DNA of 50,737 bases, from contig JAVECL010000116.1 of assembly GCA_051942245.1 (NCBI GenBank), forward strand, positions 1 through 50,737, given 5' to 3'. Every line of letters starts with the position of its first letter. The stretch's first letter is position 1. Under the pieces are notes generated by a model. The model searched no databases. It was not told the origin of the DNA and was given only the letters and a program-made list of their open reading frames with translations. This document shows positions 23,147-32,967 of the stretch, piece by piece. Made by a program: the position numbers and the translations under genes. Source of the DNA: Trypethelium eluteriae (lineage: Eukaryota).

Positions 23147-25288
23147 TCATCCCCAGACATCTTCACACCACCTTCTAGCAAGTTTCCTTTCGCGTCTCCA
23201 ACCAGAGACCTCCTTACCGGTAGGGTTCCAGCCCTTCTTCTTAGCAACGATTTGGTCTACAACTTTCCCCACCTCTCGAGCCATTGAAGCAGAGCCACAA
23301 ATGAAGACTGCAGCTCCTTCATCGACGACCATCTTTTCTGTTTGTTCGGCATGACTCGCAATAAGGTCTTGCACATACTGTTTCGGCGAGGGTGGATGGC
23401 GAGAGTATGCAGAGATAATCTCCACAGGCATGCGCTCCTTGCTGACTGCGGGATGGCATTCGGCAATTGCGCCGTCAAATTCTTCTTTGTAAAGAAAGTC
23501 AATTTCTGGATGCCGGCACCCGTAGAAGAGCACAACTGGTGCTGGGTCATGGCCGAGTTTACGCAACTGCAGCCGTTCTAGGACAAAGGCTCGAAATGGG
23601 GCAATCCCTGTGCCAGCTGCCACAAGTAACAAGGGAACTGTGGGTGGTGGGAGCTTGAATGCTGATCGTTTTACAGAAGCCGAAATTGTTGGAGGCTTAT
23701 TGCTGAGATACCTCGTTGTTATGCCCGATGCGAAGACTGTGGATTGCATGGAACGATGAACAAGGTCGATCTGGTTTGGATGATCTCTGCCTTCCACCCC
23801 ATGGTTTACGGCAACGGTGATGCTGATTTGTCGGGGTGTAAGTGAAGGGGATGACGAGATTGAGTAGTATCTTGGGGACATCGGCTTGAGTGATTCGATG
23901 ATGAAACTGAGCGGTATTGCATGCCACGTGCAGCCGGACCGTCTGTCTGGACTAGATGAGGACGAATCGCTCAGGAGACGCTCAAGTAAGCGTCCCAGCG
24001 TCGTATAGTTGTGGCTGGTAAATGATGTCCAAGCTGCAGAATTTCCCATCAGACGTTCAATAGAAGATTTCATCGCAGGATCAGAAGTAAATTGAGTCAA
24101 AGAAGATGACAGCTCACGTGTAACAGGCTCACAAATCTCGAGGTGAAATTTGAAAAGTGAGTACACTGTTGACTGGGATGGAAGCTTAAGCTTGTGGGAG
24201 CTATCAACCGGTGCAATGTTGATAGGCATATCTTTCTTCTGCCCAAGCCCGAGAATGTGGATTAGCCTTTCTACTTCTTCGTCCGGATTGATTGGCCAGA
24301 TGGCTATATGGTCGCCGGTCTTGTATTTCAACAAAGGCTTCGAAGAAAGGTCGATGTTGATATGGAGACAAGATCGCGCTGCATCATTGCCAGCCGTGAG
24401 ATCGTTGATATCCGTGACTTTGAGCTCTTCCACGGCAGCATGATCTTTGGTCATTATGCGCCGTTGCGACTGTTCACCGAGAGGATTGAGCTCGGCATTG
24501 TGCTCGGAAATTACCATAGAAGGCTCGTATACTGGTTCATGGTATTGGAGCCCTCGCTGATCCATGAACCATGTCCGTAGTCCTTCTTTCCACAGGGCGA
24601 AGTCTTCTTTAGTTGTCTTTCTAGCTTCATCCGCCATCCCCACTGGAATGAGTCGACACGCGCCCGCTGCATCTAAGGCTTCAACAGTAGCATGAATGAC
24701 GGCATTGTAGTGCTTATAGTTGCTATTACCCAGGCCAAATGCGGCATATGATAGGTTGGACAACGGTCTTCCTGTCAATGATGTGATCCACTTTAGAAAA
24801 TTTGTCGCATTGTCACTGGGATCCCCTTCACCGTACGTTGACATGATGAAAATTGCTGGTTTAGAGCTTGATATAGAAGCGAAGGTATCGTGATCGTAAT
24901 CTGACAGATCCGCAACAAGACTTTTCAGTCTAAATTGACCTTGGAGCTCTTGGCTAAGCTGATTTGCGAGACCTTCGGCATTTCCAGACTGAGATCCAAA
25001 AAAGATGGCAAGATCCGCATTGACCTGTTCAATTCTTTCCGGAACGCTGCGAGACTCGCCCTTTAGCTCTGCAGTTGTCCCCAGCGAATCCTGTGGCCGC
25101 TCAAAGTTTTTGTAATAATACGGATCTTGTCTTTCCCCAAAGAAATCAAATTTGACACCAACGAATAAGATGGCTACCACAGTTATGATAAACAACCAGT
25201 CATCAATCTCTGCAGCGTAACATGTCTTTTCAAGAGCTGCGATGGTCTTCAAAGTCAGGGAAAGATCACCGAAAGCGTAGAGAGACAT
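23147..25288 (-). CDS. cpr2: NADPH-cytochrome P450 reductase, CPR2-type; intronless
   Basis: N-terminal TM anchor; FMN motifs FFGSQSGNAE, STYGEGDPSDNA, FGLGNSNY; FAD motif PRYYSISSS; NADPH motifs AGTGIAPFRAF, LFYGCR, ICGS; C-terminal DVWG. Confidence 0.92.
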   Translation of the reverse strand: MSLYAFGDLSLTLKTIAALEKTCYAAEIDDWLFIITVVAILFVGVKFDFFGERQDPYYYKNFERPQDSLGTTAELKGESRSVPERIEQVNADLAIFFGSQSGNAEGLANQLSQELQGQFRLKSLVADLSDYDHDTFASISSSKPAIFIMSTYGEGDPSDNATNFLKWITSLTGRPLSNLSYAAFGLGNSNYKHYNAVIHATVEALDAAGACRLIPVGMADEARKTTKEDFALWKEGLRTWFMDQRGLQYHEPVYEPSMVISEHNAELNPLGEQSQRRIMTKDHAAVEELKVTDINDLTAGNDAARSCLHINIDLSSKPLLKYKTGDHIAIWPINPDEEVERLIHILGLGQKKDMPINIAPVDSSHKLKLPSQSTVYSLFKFHLEICEPVTRELSSSLTQFTSDPAMKSSIERLMGNSAAWTSFTSHNYTTLGRLLERLLSDSSSSSPDRRSGCTWHAIPLSFIIESLKPMSPRYYSISSSPSLTPRQISITVAVNHGVEGRDHPNQIDLVHRSMQSTVFASGITTRYLSNKPPTISASVKRSAFKLPPPTVPLLLVAAGTGIAPFRAFVLERLQLRKLGHDPAPVVLFYGCRHPEIDFLYKEEFDGAIAECHPAVSKERMPVEIISAYSRHPPSPKQYVQDLIASHAEQTEKMVVDEGAAVFICGSASMAREVGKVVDQIVAKKKGWNPTGKEVSGWRRERKLARRWCEDVWG

Positions 25289-26003
25289 CGTTATGTCGAC
25301 GCAGTGCGTGCAACAACCTTCAGAAGTTTTGAAAGAGAGTGTGTCATTGAAATGCGGCGTCAGGAAGCAAGACTATATCTGTTAGATTGGCCAACGTGCA
25401 ATAAGCACAGTCTGAGGTTTGCGGAAAATAAACTTAACAGGGATGCATACCGTACAAATTGATCTCGGCGAAAGATGCCCAAATTAGGTATTGTCGACGC
25501 ATCCAACAGCCAATTCTACCTCGCACGAGGCGGAGAGATTATGGCCGATCCAACTCGTGGGTGGGACCACATTGGCACACTATCTGATCGGTACTTTCAC
25601 TTACAATACCTCAGATTCATTCTCACTAGCGGCGCTTTCCTCGACGAACCGGGAAAGTCAGCCCGAAGACACGACTAGGCTATGCATGCTGCGTGACCAA
25701 ATCTCTTGTGGTAACTCTTGCTTTGCAGAAACATGGATTCTGGGACCGTCTAACGGGCACAGGCAGATTGCTCAGTCGCATGTAACGTTGCATAATTCAT
25801 GTGATTGCCAGAAAGAGGAATTCTGCCCCACGCTGGTCTTTTGGAAGACAGCGCGCTACAAGGATCGGCCTTTTCGCAGGCCCTACGACCTTGTCTTGCC
25901 AGATAGGTGATAAGACCTTGAGTCCTCTTTATGTGAAAGGACAGCAGCATCTCACGTCAGACAAACATTTCTAAAGACTGGCCGATACTGTTTTTGCTAC
26001 GAC

Positions 26004-27551
26004 ATGTACGGGCACGCAGCTTTTGCCGTATCCTTTCTCTTTCTAGGTCTTTATTTCTTTGTGATACCATTCGTCTACTACCTCATTGATCGTAAGAGTC
26101 TTCGGAAGTACCCTCAGCTATCAATATGGTCGGGCATCTCAGACGTTCCCTTTATGCTCGAAGCGCAGAAAGGATTTCGGTCCCAAAAACTTGCCGAGCT
26201 TCATAAGGAGCATCCAGTCATCCGTATTGGCCCTAATTCTCTTTCCTATGGCACACATCGAGCAATCAAAGATATTTACGGCCACAATACTAGATGTACA
26301 AAGGATATCATGTACGATGTATTATCTGGGAGTCACTTCCACCTAGCAGACGTCGTGGATAAGGTTGATCATCAGCGCAAACGCAAAATACTTTCAAGCG
26401 CCTATGCAGTGAAGAATTTGGAGGATTGGGAGTACAAAGTTGCCGATATGACGAACAGGATGGTCAAAGCCTTTGATACTCGCTGCACCGAGCCATTGGA
26501 ATCAGGAAGACCAGTCGAAAAAGAAGATTTAACAATTGATTTCTGGATGTGGGCGAATTACTTTGCAGTGGCCGCGATTGCGAATATTGGTTTGAGCGAA
26601 GACCTTGGATTTCTCGAACAAGGGAGTGACCTAGTCACCTCCGAGGCTCCAGGTGGGGCGATAAAGAAAGCTCATTTCAAAGAATGCCTTTCGGCAACTG
26701 CCTGGGCACAGTCAAACCTTGTTTGGTCCTATGATTGGTACAAGAGTCTGGTCAAGATTAGCAAACTATCGAGCGTTTACCGAAAAAAGTGGAAACTCAA
26801 CGCTGATTGGGATGGAATCGTACTCAACCGGGCTACGACACGGTTAAAGAGGTACCAAGATGGCGAAAAGTTAGACGATTTCTTTTCAGCCCTTATGCAT
26901 GACAAGTCCGGACGCCCTCACAATCTCGAGTGGGGCGAGATTGTCGCCGAAATCAGTATAATGATGAATGCTGGATCTGACACCACCGCAATTGCTATGA
27001 CCAACGTGTTATATCATCTACTAAAAAATCCAGACTGTTTGGCAAAGCTCAGACAGGAAATAGATGATGTGTTCGATGACGGTTCGGTGGCTCCGTACGA
27101 CAGAGTAAGGAATCTTCCTTATCTCCGGGCATGTTTGGACGAATCCTTACGCATCACGCCGCCAAATACGTTCGGTCTTCCACGTCGGACTCCATCTGAG
27201 GGCGCTCAGATCCTAAATGATTGGGTCGCTGGAGATACGTCTGTCTCTATGTCAGCATGGGTTGCGCACCGAGACGAAGAAGTGTTTGCGGAACCAGAGC
27301 GGTACATCCCCGAGCGATGGTTGAGCGAATCTGGAAAAGATCTGCAACAATATTTTGTCGCCTTCTCTGCCGGAGCAAGAGGTTGTATTGGGCGAAACAT
27401 CACCTACCTAGAGCAATATGTGCTATTGGCTACTCTGGTTCACCATTTCGAGTTCGCATTGCCGTCACCAGATTGGCAGCCGGCAAGGAGGGAATTATTC
27501 ACCTGTTCACCGGGCCCAATGCCCCTGAAAGTGTGGAAGCGGTCAACATAG
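26004..27551 (+). CDS. Cytochrome P450, CYP630-like (benzoate-4-monooxygenase-related clan); intronless
   Basis: TM anchor, IRIGPNSLS, I-helix AGSDTTA, ExxR (ESLR), PERW, heme motif FSAGARGCIG. Divergent from CPR across a 715 bp spacer. The family assignment is by recognition plus gene context. Confidence 0.92.
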   Translation: MYGHAAFAVSFLFLGLYFFVIPFVYYLIDRKSLRKYPQLSIWSGISDVPFMLEAQKGFRSQKLAELHKEHPVIRIGPNSLSYGTHRAIKDIYGHNTRCTKDIMYDVLSGSHFHLADVVDKVDHQRKRKILSSAYAVKNLEDWEYKVADMTNRMVKAFDTRCTEPLESGRPVEKEDLTIDFWMWANYFAVAAIANIGLSEDLGFLEQGSDLVTSEAPGGAIKKAHFKECLSATAWAQSNLVWSYDWYKSLVKISKLSSVYRKKWKLNADWDGIVLNRATTRLKRYQDGEKLDDFFSALMHDKSGRPHNLEWGEIVAEISIMMNAGSDTTAIAMTNVLYHLLKNPDCLAKLRQEIDDVFDDGSVAPYDRVRNLPYLRACLDESLRITPPNTFGLPRRTPSEGAQILNDWVAGDTSVSMSAWVAHRDEEVFAEPERYIPERWLSESGKDLQQYFVAFSAGARGCIGRNITYLEQYVLLATLVHHFEFALPSPDWQPARRELFTCSPGPMPLKVWKRST

Positions 27552-28769
27552 CTCTGATAGTCGTAGGATGCAATTGAAACCTGTGTGTAATAGCAAAGAT
27601 CTTCAAACGTCCTTACATGCTCATTTTTACTTGATAGTGGAGGAGTGTTTCTATTCGTGTGAGCTGTATTACTAGTGAGCATCGTGAACCGTCGATTTGC
27701 TAAGGTACGATTAGAATGCATTCTTCAAGGACCAGTGCGCCTCTTGGCACCATCGGGCCAAGCGCTGGGGATGTCAGAGCGTAAATGAGCCGACTTAGAG
27801 TAGCAGTAGGAGCTTTAGGACAGGCGCGGAAGAGGATAGACATGTGATTGTTAAGCTTGAGCTAAGACACGATAGGTTGATGTTAATGTTGATGTTAGTG
27901 AGATCGAAAATCACTCGTGGGTCGCAGGCAGCATGCTCTACAGCAGGAGATCTACTTCAATGGCAGATGGAAGACAGCCGACAGAATGTGTCTGATGAAT
28001 GAGATACACGCTAAGATAGTCTAGCCAAACTCTCAGCAATGCAAAAATGTATGGATTTGGGCCGTGGACAAACGTCTCGAGCTTGTCCTAGCCATGAAAC
28101 CCCTGCCAGAGCCTCGTCGCCGCCGACGCTAAACCCTTTGGGTGAATTGGGACAAGTGGCGAACAGGGGTTCTCCGATCCGAGAATATTGAAACATGTCA
28201 GCATTGACTTGATCAAGGCATACTCGAAGACTTATGGGGCTGGCAACGTAGATGAAAGGCCCGAAATGATGAATTATGCCACAAATTAGCGCTATGTGCG
28301 CTGTCACAAGGGCAGAAGATCGAGCTCTTCTCCTCGCGGGGACCCCTTCCTTTTTCGGCTCGCCGACTCCTTCCAAAATAGGGGTGAGAGTGGGTCAAGG
28401 CGCGTCTTCTCCATCCAGCAGTTCTCTCCACTTGGTTGTCAAACACCGAACTGACCCTCCATGTTCATCCACGACTTGATGCGCTCGGAAATGCAGACAT
28501 CTTGGTGCAACCTAGCGCTACCTGGTCTCGATCTGGCTCTTCTAGCAGAGGATGGCTACTCCACACTGTAACTCTACTGACGCTTCCCGATGAAATCATA
28601 AGCTGACTGGCTCATCCATAAGTATCCAGAGCCCTTGCTTGCGTACAGCAAGACGGAATGTTCAGATACGAGCCGTCTAGTCCGACAAGCTCAAATCGAT
28701 TACATTCTAGCCTTCAGTTTGACGATCAAAACTCGGTCAATAGTCTCGCAACGTTGAATTCCTGACACG

Positions 28770-29968
28770 ATGGGAGAGCTTCACCGGGTCAAGATTGCAG
28801 TGATTGGCCTCGGCCGTATGGTCAGTATGCTCTCGCATCGGTTCATTTAGATTTGTATCTGAGTTCGACCGTTTTAGGGTAAACGTCACGTACATACATT
28901 GCTGAACCGAGTCCCTCGTGCTGAAGTAGTGGCCGTTTGCAGTACGGAGCCCCACGAGGTTGCTTGGGCTGAGGAGAATGGAGAATACAAAGAGTTCGGC
29001 ATTGCTGTATATAACTCATACGATCAGACGATCGCACACCCGGGTCTGCAAGCAGTCTGGATATCGACGAGCACAGACGTTCATGCAAGCCAAACCTTAG
29101 CCGCTGTAGAGAAGGGACTCCATGTTCTGTGTGAGAAGCCGCTGAGTACTGATCTAGAAGAGGTACGAAGTATCTTCATTTCCCATATTCTGGCATGTTC
29201 GGTGCTTGAAGCAATCGCGAGACTAACTGGTTTGTTCGGAAGGCTCAATCCGTCGTGGACGCCGCCAACAAACGCAAGAATCTAAAGGTTATGGCCGGCT
29301 TCTCGCGGAGATTCGACGCGTCGTACCGGGATGCAAGCATGAAGATCGCAAAAGATAATGCTATTGGCAAACCATTTCTCGTTCGGTCGAATACCTGCGA
29401 CCTGCTCGATCATACCGGTTTTTTCGTTCGCTATGCCCGCCGAAATGGTGGAATCTTTGTAGACTGCGCCATTCACGATATCGACCTCGCACTCTGGTTC
29501 CTTGAAAACCCTGTTCCTAAAGCGTGCTGGGCTTGCGGTACTCTACAGCACCATCCAGAGCTTAAGGAGCTTTCGGACGTCGACAATGCGGTAGGCACAG
29601 TTGAATTCTGGGGAGGCAAGATTGCCTACTTCTATTGCTCCAGAACGCAGGCGCATGGACACGATGTGTGCACAGAAATCACTGGTCAGCATGGGAAGAT
29701 CATGGTCAATGTGATTCCCAGGAGCAACAATGTTGTCGTGGCCGACTATCAAGGATTACGGCATGAGGTACAGCCGGAATATTGGGAGCGATTCGAAGAC
29801 GCATTTGCAACCGAGGCGCGAGAGTTCATTGACTCTATTGTTAATAATACGCCGGTACCGTTACCGCTGGAGGGAGGCCTCAAGGTTATGCAGATTGGGC
29901 GTGCTTTGCAGGACGCTTTGCTTTCGAGTGAGGTCATCAAATTTAGTCAAGATGGGGTACGACTTTGA
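28770..29968 (+). CDS. Gfo/Idh/MocA-family oxidoreductase (myo-inositol/sugar dehydrogenase-like), 3 exons
   Basis: ATG 28770, Rossmann IAVIGLGRMG across intron 28821-28877, HVLCEKP, GFSRRFD, GGIFVDCAIHDID. Second intron 29163-29242; stop 29966-29968. Confidence 0.9.
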
Positions 29969-30665
29969 GAGGAGTAGCCATGACGACTCGAGCATTGCGT
30001 TAAACATAGACGGGAGACAACCAGAGTCCAAGTCGGAAAGACACTTGTTTAATGAAAGACGCTGGTTTGTTGCGATGCAAGTGTTCTATTCGTTCCTTCT
30101 CCCTCGAGGCTATCGCTCCGCTTTTGAGCGATTCTAGATCAAACGTGACATGCCGCCGTGCTTGAATCAATAGGGCAGCCCCAAAAGGCGAGAGTTGCTA
30201 CCTTATCGACTCATGGTGGATGTAATTGACGATATGCGGTGAAGTCTCGTTCCTGTATTCGACAACTCATCTCCTCTGAACGCTCCAAAGCATCACCTTT
30301 GTGGAACCACTTCTTATCAAGTTTAGTGGCCTCCTACATAGGTTTAGTAGATTACATGATCACAGATTTCTCTAGAAGTTCATTCAACGTTTGCTTCTTT
30401 GAGCTTATCTATTTAACAGGAGTTCAGATATTCCATTCAGAGATTGCGAGGATCTTTCTACATCTGCTGTAATTGGTACGAAATAACTTCATTGCCTTGG
30501 CATCGAAGGGTTTGTGCTCGTCTGCAGGGAGCAAGAGCGCCAGAGGTACGCGCTTGAAAGTAGATTATTTCCTGAAGAACCATTTCTGATTGTCGCTTGC
30601 GGAAAGAGGGTTGGAGGGGAGGCAGGAGCGCTCTAGAAAGGAGCACATGGCAACCCGGTCCGGAG

Positions 30666-30777
30666 CACTTTTCCTAATGAAGACTTCGGGAACGTGTCTG
30701 CACCGGGTCTCTGGCACCCCAATGTCTACCCCACGGGGTAGCTGACGCGACACTTTTCCTAATGAAGACATCAGGAA
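30666..30777 (+). promoter_or_regulatory. Direct repeat (19 bp perfect CACTTTTCCTAATGAAGAC, ~27 bp imperfect) upstream of the sugar porter
   Basis: Copies at 30666-30684 and 30751-30769, followed by TTCGGGAA and ATCAGGAA. They sit 240-340 bp upstream of ATG 31007, with a TATA-like TATATA near 30923. The repeat is observed; the regulatory role is inferred. Confidence 0.45.
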
Positions 30778-31006
30778 AGAGTCTGAATCGTCTAACCAGC
30801 ATACCCCTTGGGGTGGCGTATGAAATCCCCACGAAACCTTGCCATCATCTTGTAAAGTTCTAGGCTCGCCAGAACTTGGAACTCTTCTAGTCCAAAAATT
30901 TATCAATACTGCCCTCTCTAGGTATATAGAGCTCGAGTAATCATTTGTACGACAATGGCTCTTTGACTCCCTTTTCCCCTGTCTACCGCAAGCTCCTAAC
31001 CGACCA

Positions 31007-32719
31007 ATGGCTGATCAAATCAAGTCCTCGCCATATGACGAGAAAAGTTCTACGCAGGATGGACGCGTGACTCACGAGGAGCACATCGATGTGGCATCGG
31101 ATCATATCGACAATTACCTGCCAGAGAATGTGTCTTATGGACCACGCGGCATGCGGGGGCTCGTTGGTTCCTCGCTTGTCACAGGAGCCGCATTTCTCGC
31201 CTCACTCGGTGGGTTTTCCTTTGGATACGATCAAGGCGTCATTTCAATTATCAATGTCATGCCGCAGTTTCACCAAGTCTTCCCCAAGACCGAAACAGCA
31301 TTCGGCAAAAGTTTCATGACTGCGATGTTACAGTTTGGCTGTTTCCTCGGATGCTGGTTCTTCCCCTGGCTCGCTGATACCATTTCAAGAAAATGGGCAC
31401 TTACTATTGTGGTTGTTATCTTTAACATTGGAGCCATTATACAGACCGCTGCTCAGTCTTATGGTGCCCTCGTTGCGGGACGTACCATTACCGGTCTCGG
31501 AGTAGGCACATTGGCGCTGGTGAGAAGCCCGAACCCGAACCTGCGTTGATGCATGTAGTTGACATTTTACAAGGGAGCGCCCCTTTACATTTCCGAGATC
31601 TCGCCGCCTAATCTACGAGGTACTCTGCTTGTGTTGGAATCCATCTCCATCGTCTCCGGCGCGGTCGTAGCTTTCTGGACCACGTACGACACTAGAGATC
31701 TTGCTGGTGAAATAGCCTTCAGACTTCCATCTGGCTTGCAAATGGTATCAGCGGTGGTTCTTGGTGTTGGAATCCATTTCTTACCATACTCTCCCCGATG
31801 GCTTGCCATGGTCGACCGGAAACCTGAGTGCCTGGAAGCTCTGACCCGTCTTAGGTGTCTGCCTGCTGAGGACTCCAGAGTGCAAACAGAGTATGAGGGA
31901 ATTCTTGCTGAAACTACCTTCCAGAGGATCCTCCAAGAAAAACATCATCCAAACGTCCGAGGCTTCCGGCTCGAAATAGCCACTTGGCTGGAGCTCTTCT
32001 CAAAGAGAATTTATCGACGAACCATTGTTGCATTTGGGATTATGTTCTTTTAGCAATTTTCCGGGGTAAATGCATTCATTTACTACGCTCCCACCCTCTT
32101 CGAATCTATCGGCCAAAGTCCAGAAACATCGCTTATATTATCTGGAGTTTTTAATATATTGCAGTTGGTAGCCGTCGCGGCATGCTTTCTCATCATTGAC
32201 CATGTTGGCCGACGGCCCCTTGCCATCCTTGGTGGTTTTGGAACGGCAGCCTGCTATATCATTATTGCCGCACTGAGTGGCATTTACGAAGATGATTGGT
32301 CGAGGAACAAAGCCGCCGGCTGGGCTTGCGTGGTAATGGCATTCCTATTCATCGTTATCTTCGGACTCAGTTTCTCGCCATTAGGCTGGGCTCTACCACC
32401 AGAAGTGTTTCCAACCTCATCTCGTTCCAAAGGCGTAGCTCTCGCTGTAGCCACTAATTGGCTGGCCAACTTCATCATTGGTGTTTCCGTCCCACCGATG
32501 ATTGATTCGATGCGATTCGGCACTTACGTTTTCTTTGCGTGCTTCTGCTTCTCATCAGGTATCTTTTCGTACTTCCTAATTCCAGAGACGAAAGGCAAAA
32601 CATTGGAGGAAATGGATGCTGCCTTTGGAGATACGTCCGGTGAGGAGGAGAGAGAGATCATGAGGACAGCCATGACTGGTGTTCGAAGGGAAGGTCCAAT
32701 GATAGGGAAAACTACGTAA
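31007..32719 (+). pseudogene. Sugar porter (MFS SP family) with one in-frame nonsense codon
   Basis: FGYDQG, GRTITGLGVG, PLYISEISP..RG, PYSPRWL, DHVGRR, PETKGKTLEEMD. Intron 31520-31573. TAG at 32051-32053 replaces the first Gln of the FFQQFSGVN motif, and the frame continues unbroken to 32719. Confidence 0.85.
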
Positions 32720-32967
32720 AGCCCAGCCAAAAGTCCCTCTCTGGCAGGCCTATTGTCGTCGAATCTTCGCGTTCCACGTCGCTGCTAGGCAGCGTCGCTG
32801 GTGGGGTAGATTAGATCTACATGTATGTATGCAGTTTTTTCCCCGAACGCATAAAGTTCTCTCAGACTCTGCCCAAGTGATTGTCTTGAGTAGTTGACAC
32901 TGTTCGACATCTAGTGCTTCAAAAACCAAGGTACAAGAATCTTTACAGATCACCTGGGACTGTAAAA

